NCBI GenBank assembly: GCA_030141605.1
Contig: JAQGDQ010000341.1
Coordinates: 124,001-188,000 of the forward strand
Length of the DNA: 64,000 nt
Reading direction: 5' to 3'
Source: Tubiluchus corallicola
Lineage: Eukaryota; Animalia; Priapulida
Position 1 is the stretch's first letter; the number at the start of each line of letters is the position of its first letter. This document shows positions 25,220 through 37,200 of this stretch, piece by piece. The notes beneath the pieces were generated by a model. That model saw nothing but the letters and a program-made list of their open reading frames with translations. It ran no database searches and was not told the DNA's origin. The translations under genes and the position numbers were made by a program.

Positions 25220-28200
25220 TTACGGAGACTGTGTTGCCGTTACCGTTGATAACAACGGATACCAGGCTATAATTGTGCCAAGCAGCAGCATGATGAGTGG
25301 CACCATTGACACCATTGAAACCTGCAAACAGATTAGCTTTCATTAGGTTAATTTATAAACCTAACCAGGCATGATATTGCTCAACTTTACAGCCAAGCTC
25401 ATGACCACTCAGCTGTTGCCCTCATTGCCATGCAAACTGAATGCAACAAAACAAAATGCTAAAAATTCATTAATTTCTTCAGCTTACACATAACATTTGA
25501 TTTCACTTAATTAAATGATCATCAACGTACCTAAAATGGTACCGATTTTAGCCAACATTTTACTTCGTATTACGCACCCACAGTATAAAATATTCATACT
25601 ACACAACAGGATAAGTAACACAGTAAAAAGTACTTTAAGATGAAACTATTACCGTTCTACAGTTGTAAGACAAATCTTCATATTCGCTCTGCATTAAGCT
25701 CATCTCTTCCTTAAGATGTTCAACCTCGGCATTTGATGCCTCGCACTGTCCTTTGAGTTGCTCTATTTCCTGGCGCGCAGCGACAAACTATAAAACACAA
25801 GCGAAACGACATCAGCAAAACAACAGATATGCATAAGCTAGATATGTGTGTAGGATTAAATTTCTATTGCAAAATTTCTATTGCAAATTTCTATATTGAA
25901 AAACTCCAAACTTGGAATACGTGATACCAAACTGAACGATGATTACCTAAAACAACAAGTGAAACACTATGCTATAGCTTTGTTCTACCCTACTCCATTC
26001 TATCACCCGAACATGACGTACCTGTGCATCCACATCGCTGGATATCGTTGCCGCCTCAGCTGCTCCTTTCTCAATACTAGTTGCCTTCATTTCTAGTTTA
26101 CACTTCAGCGCATCGAGGGCGCTGTACGACTCTTGTAGCTTGCCAAAGTCCGCCATCACCCGGTTCTCTTTCCGTGAACTACAAAAAGAAAACAAATCTC
26201 TAATTTAATAAAATAAAACATAATGAACACAATAAAACAATGACATAAAACAATGCAATTAATTGAAAACAATTACATGCAGTTTTAAATACATACAGTC
26301 TGACTTCATTCTCGATGGCTTGAATTCTTCTTCGTAAGTTGGAACATTCTTCTTTCAGGCTGGCAAACTCAGCTAAAATATTGATAAAACATTAATCAGG
26401 TCAGGCTAATAAAAACCAAGCATTTTATCATGTATCATCTAAGTAAATGTTAATTATGTTTATCTATATAATAGTCGATTCGTAAAAAAACTGTGAGCAA
26501 ATTTTTCTGAAAAGGTTTGCATCACATAGTTTCCTGCATACGGATTTTGTTTGCCGCGTGGAACTAGTATAACTGCATAAAGTGTAAGTCGTTTACACGA
26601 ACCATTTGAAATTTATTGCCCGAGATTAATTATTACAGCATTCCTTTGCCATTAGTTGAATTACATTATTATTTATAATAACCTCTATTGTGTTCTGTTT
26701 GAGTCTGTAACTCCTGGTTTGCGTTCTTGGCATCCTCGGCCCGCTTCTGTCGCTCGCGTCGCTCGACGTCCAACTCACGAGACAGTGCTGCCACCTTGCT
26801 CCGCTGATTTTCCGCCTCGTTGTGGCTCTTCTTTGCAGCCTGCTGGGTACTAACGAGCTGCTCTGCCAGTGATTTCAGCTGCTTGCGGAGCTCCGATTCC
26901 ACTATCTCCGCCTTGGCACGCTTTTCGTTAAAATCGGCTACGAGTTCCGCTTGTTCTTTAACTTGCAATTCAGCTGTTTTCAGTTGTTCCTTTAACTGAT
27001 CGATGTTTTCTTTGCTCAAGTTGCTGGCATGAACCGCAGTGTCTAGTTCAGCTAAAATGAATTTTTTCAATGTATTCCTTTATATTATTTATTGCAAACA
27101 ACACATGTAGTTCAATGACACAATATAATTTAAAAATAAAGAGAGCAAAAAGCAAACATAAATGGATTTGAATCATAAACTAGCTTAACAATTTTCTGCA
27201 TTATGCAAGGAGGCTCAAATTCTCTGAAAAGAGAGGCAATTTTAAAGCACGTCCTAAAAAACTTTCCACACAAAATTATATACTTAGCATTATGCTTGTC
27301 TGCTTAAAAGATTTGTGTAACCAGAAAATTCTTAGTAATTTAAAATGCTCGTGCCAACTAGTAACTAATTCGCCGTCCCAGTGTGCACCACTGACTCACC
27401 ATAAAACATTTCATTGACAAGATACAGTGATTTATGCTTTTGTCTAGTTAGTGAAGTGTGCGCTACGAATGCTCCGATGATTTTTTCTAACTTTGTGTAA
27501 CGTCACCTAAACTTGTTTCAAACGACCTACTGCCAAAATGGCTGCACCTAGCAGTCATCGCGGAAGTTTAACTTTTGAAGTTTTATACAGCATTGCTGCT
27601 AGTATGAGCTTTATGTGCAATAATTCAGTACGCAGGTGATACAAAATTTGAAGAAAATTTTTTAGCTTTATATAAGTAACGGCTTTTGTGTTTTAACTAA
27701 GTCACCTCTATAAATCCTTCACTCTGAAACTTTGAGAAATCCAGGTTCTTTAATTAAAAAAGATGCCCTTCACAAAAATAAAATACTAGTATTCTACCTG
27801 GACCAACTGCATCAGTTAAAACAGAATGTACTGGCTGTAGTATGAGAAATGAGACAATGTTTAGATTCATATTTTAAATAAAAATCAGAACTAACCTTTT
27901 GTCTGGCACAGCTCTCCTAGGGTCTTTTCATGTTCATCTCTTAATTCAGTCAGCAGATCTGAAACAAGAAAAAAACAAATTTTAAGTAATATTTAAACTA
28001 CAAAAATTGCGGCATTACAAACGTAAAGCAATTATATTGCTAATAAAATGGATTGTCGTTTTGTTCGAATGCAGTGAGAGATGGCATGGTGCTGCCATCT
28101 ACAGGACAAATTTGTGACAACCAGTGTAATAGTGCAACACAAAATTGTATGCGTTGCGCTTGGCTTTTTATTTCATTGACAGAAAAATCTACAAATGTGC

Positions 28201-31200
28201 TGTACTTCTTCGATCAATAGATCCCACACTAGCAAGTGGGATATCCCTCTTACAACACTTCCCTCAAAGAACAATGAGTACGGACGACAATGTTGTACAA
28301 TAACTACTACTTAACAAGTAAACAATTTTAGTAACAATAACTACTACTTAACAAGTAAACAGTTTTAGTAACAATAACTACTACTTAACAAGTAAACAGT
28401 TTTAGTAACAATAACTACTACTTAACAAGTAAACAGTTTTAGTAACAATAATTACTACTTAACAAGTAAACAGTTTTAGTAACAATAACTACCACTTAAC
28501 AAGTAAACAGTTTTAGTAACAATAACTACCACTTAACAAGTAAACAGTTTTAGTAAAAATAATTACCACTTAACAAGCAAACAGTTTTAGTAACAATAAC
28601 TACCACTTAACAAGTAAACAGTTTTAGTAACAATAATTACCACTTAACAAGTAAACAGTTTTAGTAACAATAACTACCACTTAACAAGTAAACAGTTTTA
28701 GTAACAATAACTACTACTTAACAAGTAAACAGTTTTAGTAACAATAACTACCACTTAACAAGTAAACAGTTTTAGTAACAATAACTACCACTTAACAAGT
28801 AAACAGTTTTAGTAACAATAACTACCACTTAACAAGCAAACAGTTTTAGTAACAATAACTACCACTTAACAAGCAAACAGTTTTAGTAACAATAACTACT
28901 ACTTAACAAGTAAGTAGTTTTAGTAACAATAACTACTACTTAACAAGTAAACAGTTTTAGTAACAGTAATTACTACTTAACAAGTAAACAGTTTTAGTAA
29001 CAATAACTACCACTTAACAAGTAAACAGTTTTAGTAACAATAACTACCACTTAACAAGTAAACAGTTTTAGTAACAATAACTACTACTTAACAAGTAAGT
29101 AGTTTTAGTAACAATAACTACCACTTAACAAGTAAACAGTTTTAGTAACAATAACTACCACTTAACAAGTAAACAGTTTTAGTAACAATAACTACCACTT
29201 AACAAGTAAACAGTTTTAGTAACAATAACTACTACTTAACAAGTAAGTAGTTTTAGTAACAATAACTACCACTTAACAAGTAAACAGTTTTAGTAACAAT
29301 ACCTACCACTTAACAAGTAAACAGTTTTAGTAACAATAACTACCACTTAACAAGTAAACAGTTTTAGTAACAATAACTACCACTTAACAAGTAAACAGTT
29401 TTAGTAACAATAACTACCACTTAACAAGTAAACAGTTTTAGTAACAATAATTACTACTTAACAAGTAAACAGTTTTAGTAACAATAACTACCACTTAACA
29501 AGCAAACAGTTTTAGTAACAATAACTACTACTTAACAAGTAAGTAGTTTTAGTAACAATAACTACTACTTAACAAGTAAACAGTTTTAGTAACAGTAATT
29601 ACTACTTAACAAGTAAACAGTTTTAGTAACAATAACTACCACTTAACAAGTAAACAGTTTTAGTAACAATAACTACCACTTAACAAGTAAACAGTTTTAG
29701 TAACAATAACTACTACTTAACAAGTAAGTAGTTTTAGTAACAATAACTACCACTTAACAAGTAAACAGTTTTAGTAACAATAACTACCACTTAACAAGTA
29801 AACAGTTTTAGTAACAATAACTACCACTTAACAAGTAAACAGTTTTAGTAACAATAACTACCACTTAACAAGTAAACAGTTTTAGTAACAATAACTACCA
29901 CTTAACAAGTCAACAGTTTTAGTAACTACACACATTTTTTATTTTTTTTTCATTTCCATTCACCCGAAAAAGAATTACAGTGTTACCTATTCTTTTCCTT
30001 ATTTTTAAAATTGCAGGTTTTTTATTCATGTAACGGAAAAGCCAGCAGCAGCAGCAGCAGCAGCAAGTAGTAAGGCATATACTGGGCAGGGGAGTAGTCA
30101 GTTTCTAAAGTTATGCAGAGACACCATGACACATACTAAACAATTTTTAATGCATTGCTTATACATTTTAATTTTGTGTTTAAAATCAAAACACGAAGAA
30201 GATACAGCTTTAGAGGAAGTACATAATTGTTATTTTGTATTAAATATTAAAACACATTTAAAAGTTTTACAGTAAGTTCATAAATCTCAACACATAGTAA
30301 AAACACGAGTGTTATTTAATTATTTTAATTTTAAACGCAAAATGAATGAATTTTGGCGCTCTTGAAAAGTTGCCAATTTTCTTTTGCAAAATGAGCTCCA
30401 GGAAGCACTTCCCTTGCTCCCTAAATCCACTGATACCAGGGCAGCTGTCAAGTGCTAGACAAAACAATGTAGGTAGAACCACTTATCCCTTGTTGTCAAC
30501 AAGTAATGCAAAGAAGCAGTTTCAAGAGGTGCCACAGAAAGAAAGAAGACTGGAGTAAAGAGAAGGTTTTAAAAGGTTTAAAAAGGGCAGATAAAGTAAA
30601 CTTGCATATGCGGGTAATAATTTCTATACAATTCGACACATTGAAAGCAAGACCGCAGCATTCAACAGCAGAGCCTACTAAGTTTGGATGCTTGTGACAA
30701 GACTGGAACCTCACTCATTATCAAGGGTATCCTGCTAGAACGAGCCACTGAACCAGCAGAGGTATCTTAGCCACATTTGGATGTAAATACATCCGCCTTC
30801 TAGGAGGTAAATGAACGAAAGAAGCCAAGCCACCTAGAGCAAGTCTGTACTGCAGTTCAGCCAGTCACCCAGAGCAAGTCTGTACTGCAGTTCAGCCAGC
30901 CACCCAGAGCAAGTCTGTAAAGCAGTTCAGCCAGCCACCCAGAGCAAGTCTGTACTGCAGTTCAGCCAAGCCACCCAGAGCAAGTCTGTACTGCAGTTCA
31001 GCCAGCCACCCAGAGCAAGTCTGTACTGCAGTTCAGCCAGCCACCCAGAGCAAGTCTGTACTGCAGTTCAGCCAGCCACTCAGAGCAAGTCTGTACTGCA
31101 GTTCAGCCAGCCACTCAGAGCAAGTCTGTACTGCAGTTCAGCCAGCCACCCAGAGCAAGTCTGTACTGCAGTTCAGCCAGCCACCCAGAGCAAGTCTGTA

Positions 31201-34200
31201 CTGCAGTTCAGCCAGCCACCCAGAGCAAGTCTGTACTGCAGTTCAGCCAGCCACCCAGAGCAAGTCTGTACTGCAGTTCAGCCAGCCACCCAGAGCAAGT
31301 CTGTACTGCAGTTCAGCCAGCCACCCAGAGCAAGTCTGTACTGCAGTTCAGCCAGCCACCCAGAGCAAGTCTGTACTGCAGTTCAGCCAGTCATTCACAC
31401 ACCAGCCTCAGTGCCATTCTTAACTTTTCATGCTGCCATGACTACTCGAAGAAAAAACAACACATTTGCTTCATTAAATACAAAACATGACCATTATTTA
31501 CAGTGCTGGTCAGTCCCAAAAGTGGCAAATGTTAGAATATTTGTGTGTAAAAATTTGCACGAATGAATCATACCCTTGTATCTTTTCACTTCAGTGGCAT
31601 TACTTTCTCCTTGCAGCGTCAGAGTATCGACTTCGATTTGCTCCGCTACTTCTTGGTTGCCGTTGGTAACATCGCTGCCGACCTCTGTCATTGCTTTCAT
31701 TTTTTCATGCATTACTTGCTTAAACACTAGGTCTGTTTCCAATCTCTTTATGTGATGCTTTAAGTTGTTAATGATTCGTTCATTTTCGTCTTTTTCTTCG
31801 CTTATTTTCATTTGCAAGTCTCTGATGACTTTCTCACTTTCCATCTTTTCGGAAACCTCTTTTACTTGTTCTGTAATATAATTAACCGAAAATTATAGTT
31901 TAAGGTTATCATCATCATGATCATGATCATCATCATCATCACCACCACCACCACCACCACCACCACCACCACCACCACCACCACCACCACCACCATCATC
32001 ACCATCATTATTATTGTATATATTTCATTATTGTATATATTTCAGTGATTTCATGATATATTTATTTAATTATTGTATATATATTATTTATATATATTGT
32101 ATATTATTTATATATATTGTTTAATATTAGCTATAAGTTTGGCAAAAATTGGACAGAAATTCCCATTTTTGAAGATTTTTCGCGACCCGCCATCCCCCAC
32201 GAGTTCGTCCCGGTGGCCCCGATTTGAAAAATAAACCATCAACGAGACCACACATTCGTTTAATATATACCTCGCTGAAAATTGTGTCGTCATGGCAGCT
32301 GTAATCTCGAATCTTATATATTATTGTATGTATATATACTTTTCATTACTACAGAAAAGGAACATGTCAGGCACTGTGTCTATAATGGTTGGGTAGCCTG
32401 TTTGATGGTGGGTGTTACAGGCCCGTTTAGAATTCGGCCTCGGCATCCCGTAATGCGGGTTTTCCCGGACCCAACTCACCATTATTTTGAAATTTTTGCC
32501 CCAACAACACGTAGAATTATTATTATTACACAAATTTGTACCACATGGTTAACTATAAGTGGTATCCTATGGTGCCTAAGAACAGAATCAGCAGTATATT
32601 AAGATTTAAACAGATCACACTAAAACTCAGTGAATTTAAACTAGACGCTGTACAGCATAGACACAACAAGAAGTTGTACAAAGTTGTAAGAGAATCAGTT
32701 TGAAAAAGCTAAAATGAACAAACGAGTCTTAACAACACAAATCAAGTGGTCGTTTGTTCCATTCTCTGAAGCCAGCTACAAAAAAGATCTGTTTTCATAA
32801 GTTTTACGATTAAAGGCTACTACTGAGCACTGGACTGTGTCCGAACTAAGCTTTTACTTTAAGCAGATTTGATACATAAGCTGGAGCCGTATTATGTAAT
32901 CATTTGTACACCAAGCACAAAACTTTAAACATGCTTCTATATCTGATAACTAGTGAGTAAGCACATCGACAGTTCGACTGCAATGAAACTTTTTCAATTC
33001 GAATTTAATTTGAATATAAAATCTTGAACTTGAATATCTTAACACGTCGCTTGTTCTTTGAGCAGTGCATTCGACTCGAATGCATTTTATTAAATTAGCC
33101 TTTGATTGTAAGAATGCAAATTCTTTGAGCGTTAAACGTTCCAATAATTTCTTTATTTGAATTTGTCCAAAACTAAAATTATGCATTCGAATAAAAAAAT
33201 TTCAACACTTCAGGTTGCATTTATTCTCTAACATTTGAAACATCAGCTGCAAAACTTACTGAAAAATTATTTTTTAACTGTATTACATAGCTAGCCTAGA
33301 TAGATAACATAGTATGTATTTCATCACAAACTAACATAAAAACAATTGTAAGCAAAAATCAAAACTGACTGTAAACGCATACTTTTGTATATATATATAT
33401 ATATATATATATAACCTGGATTTTGTAAAATACCCATTTACTTGCTTTTATTTCTTTTTTATCTACTGAGATTTAAATTAAGTTTTTTGCACACATTATT
33501 ACAGGTAGTCATTGACTTACGATCGCACTTGGTTCCGGCGGAGTGGTCGTAAGACAGTCGTGATGCAAGTCGTACCCGTATATAATGGTGCGCCCCCTAC
33601 ATGTAAGATGTTGTGCGTGTACGCACATTAAGTATGGCGGCGCGTACGAATTAATGATAAATTTATCGAAACGGATAGCAATTTAAGATTATATTGTTTA
33701 AAAAAATAACAGGAATTATGCGTTGTAGGTGGTTTTGTATAATTAATTAATTAAGCTGCAGTCAGGGGGGGTCGGCGAAGTCGAACAGTCGTAAGTCAAT
33801 GACTACCCATATTTTTACTTCTGACTCAAAGTTTTTTCAAAAGGCTAAATTCAAATTGATTTCCGCTAGCATATGCGCTCTCCTACTACAAACCTATAAA
33901 GAAGGAAAGAACAATGCTGTAGCCATGGCAACCTACAGGTAAGAGTACTTAGTGTTAAGATCGAAGTAAATTTGATTATACCTTCAGTTATGTCTTTAAC
34001 GGTACCGTCGTCTTCAAGTTTCTTCAGCGTTTCCTGTGTAGTCTGCAGACGCGCTTTTACTGATGCTAGTTGTTTGTTAGTGAAATCATTCTCTGCTTGA
34101 ACAGATTCCAACTGCAAATAAACAAAAATAATAATAACAATAATAACAAAAGCGGAGAAAGAATAATGAAATAAAACAAATAACAACAACAACAACGACA

Positions 34201-37200
34201 ACAACAACAACAGCAAACAGTCTGTAAATAAGAAATTTTTCATGTTCATATCTTGGTTTGCCACAGTAGGACCCGCTTAATAGATTGACTTCAGGACCGA
34301 AGTGTTTTGACCAGTTAACCGACTGAACCTGGGTGTAGTGTTACTGGTATAGAAGAAGTATGGGTCATCAGCTTAGTATGCACTAAGATTTTTAATGAAT
34401 TTTAGAAATGAAGCAAATTCCTTTGTGTGGTTAAAATTTTTTAAAAAATACTTTAGTGAATTAGCAATTAATTAAAAAGTATACTTTTTGTAACCACACA
34501 AGTCTGTTAATTTTCGAAAATTACAAAAAATCCTCCAAAAAGTTGGTTGCTTCATTTTCTCGCGAAGAAGTTGGCTCACAAAGTTCTCTTAATTATAAAA
34601 ACATTGAAAATCTGTTGCTGTGTGATGCACATATTCTTGTGAAACATTTAGCGCTTGGCATGCTTAAACATTTTCTTTGCCAAATCGATCATCTTTTTCT
34701 CTTGCGTTTGTAAATTACACTTTTAACGCTGACTCCACTTCACAGTCTTTTCCTGTGCACGCCTGTGAGATGCTAGATTCTCATTTTGGCTTGCTGACTG
34801 GTCAATTTCAGATCATTTCTTCAACATTCTGCCGAGAGTACTTTGGGAAATTTTCAACTGCGCTGCTGCACACCTCTGCCCCATCTTTGGAAGTTTATCG
34901 TACTGCTCTAAAATTCTCAGTTTCCCCCGTTACATCTTCACGTTTATGCTTCATTTTTCAAACTTCTTAACTCTATGCTCATATTTGCTCCATGATGTTT
35001 ACTCTTGTAAGTCACAAGGAATATCGGCTGATTACTGTACCGGCATCTTTGACTGTTAACTGATTAAGCCTGAAAGCGTGAAACGGGAGCTTCAAAAGAA
35101 AACCACCAGACAAGTGATTAAATGTTTAGCTTCCAGAAATTCTTGGGTAACAGGATAATTGCAGTGGACGAGCGGGTAACAGATTCAAAACAAAGCCGCT
35201 ACGCTAGCATATTAGCGCATGATAAACATACCTGCTTATAAACAAAACGGTACTTAACATGATTGTTTCTGAATACATAGTGCACAAAAGGGAAGTAAAC
35301 ATGACATAAAAGTAGGAAAGGCTCTTTGGGCACAAACAAATGTCTTATCTTAAGTAAGTGAAGGAAAAATATTGAGTCAATTATGCAGAGTTATTTTAGT
35401 CAATTACCGATAGTTTTTATGTACATTAGAATGGAAGCGGCTCGTACCAGGCGTTTTTGAGTCAATTAAGCGATTGAGTCTATTAAGTGGCGCCAGCTGT
35501 ACTAAGCTCATATAGTAGGCGCCGTGTATTAGACTTACGGTAATGTGTAATCAATCACCTAATTATCTGAAAACCTTTAGTACGGTCCGCTCCTATGCAA
35601 AAGTACATAAAAACTGTTGGCAATTGACTCAAATAACTCCACACAATATTTTTACATTATAAAGATATACACGTGTTTATACTGATGTAATGATGTTTAA
35701 CACAGTGACGGCCGGCCAACTAGCGGTCAGCTCGAGAAACAATGGACTGCGTCCGTAGTATGCGGGACTTTTAAATTTAACGGGCCAGATTTTGCCCGAT
35801 TCTTCCGAAATCCTTAAAAGCGAGGTCTAGGAAATCGAGATATGAATATAAATGCAGAAAATGACACAAATTCGAAATTTCAGAATGTAAATAGTAATTT
35901 AATTAACTTCTCTAACGATTGAACAACCTGTAAACTTCATGGTCACAGGAAATAAACTGTGAACAAAGTACTTCTTTGTTCTTTGCAAAATGTTCATGCA
36001 AGAAACATTGCTATAGTGGTGCTATATGTATATTTAAGTACCCTTGCAGTTAGGACTGCCTCTTGTTTTGACATGTCTTCTACCTTCTCTTCAGCATATA
36101 CATGTATTATCATCTACCTTTCTTCAGCATCTACATGTATTATCATCTACCTTTCTTCAGCATCTACATGTATTATCATCTACCTTTCTTCAGCATCTAC
36201 ATGTATTATCATCTACCTTTCTTCAGCATCTACATCTACCTTTCTTCAGCATCTACATGTATTATCATCTACCTTTCTTCAGCATCTACATGTATTATCA
36301 TCTACCTTTCTTCAGCATCTACATGTATTATCATCTACCTTTCTTCAGCATCTGCATGTATTATCATCTACCTTTCTTCAGCATCTACATCTACCTTTCT
36401 TCAGCATCTACATGTATTATCATCTACTTTTCTTCAGCATCTACATGTATTATCATCTACCTTTCTTCAGCATCTACATGTACCTACATTCTACATCTAC
36501 TTTTAAAGCACCTACTTTATCTACTTTGGTATTTAAAGGAAAGCAAAATCTTCCTTACATTTCATACATGCCAAGATTGAAGTCAGCATGAGCAAAAGTA
36601 GGCTGCCAACTATTATGGCTTGTGTGGTCGCTTCTTTGTACGACCAATTACGACCTGTTGTTAGATACTTGATGTTCTTAAAAATTTTACATTACGTTTT
36701 ATTTGTGCAAAAATCTGTAAAAAATTACCAGGCAGTTATGTACTGTCGTTAATTTAATAAATTTCATCCTTGCCGTAATTATCTGTCCAGGAAAACAAAT
36801 TTCAGTGTCACATTAACACTGCTAGTTCCTATTTACACTTAATGGTTGTTTATCTTTTAGTAATTGGATAATTGGCCTGACAAATGCATATTAGTGAGCA
36901 GAACCACAAAACATGGATATCAGTAAATAGTTTGACGATTTTATCCGTTACAATTATTGGTTGACCATTTATTGCAGAGATGCTGGTTTTTTAGTTTCAC
37001 TTTTTACATATTGTGTCCTGCATGTATCAACTTTGAGGTCTATTTGGTCGCTAGATAGCGCCACACGTTTCAGCTACATGTGTGTCACGTAGTCTTACAG
37101 TCGGGGCTGTTGGTAAAAAAGTCAAATTTTATTTACAATCGACTATTTAATGCACTATTGTAAGTTTCTGTCGCTGTTGGTTTTCGTGTGCGGCTAGTTT

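Noticed and set aside
35959-36591. Three plus-strand repetitive ORFs (210, 178 and 134 aa)
   Set aside because: By-products of a 33-bp minisatellite, antisense to SLMAP, with no splice or domain support.
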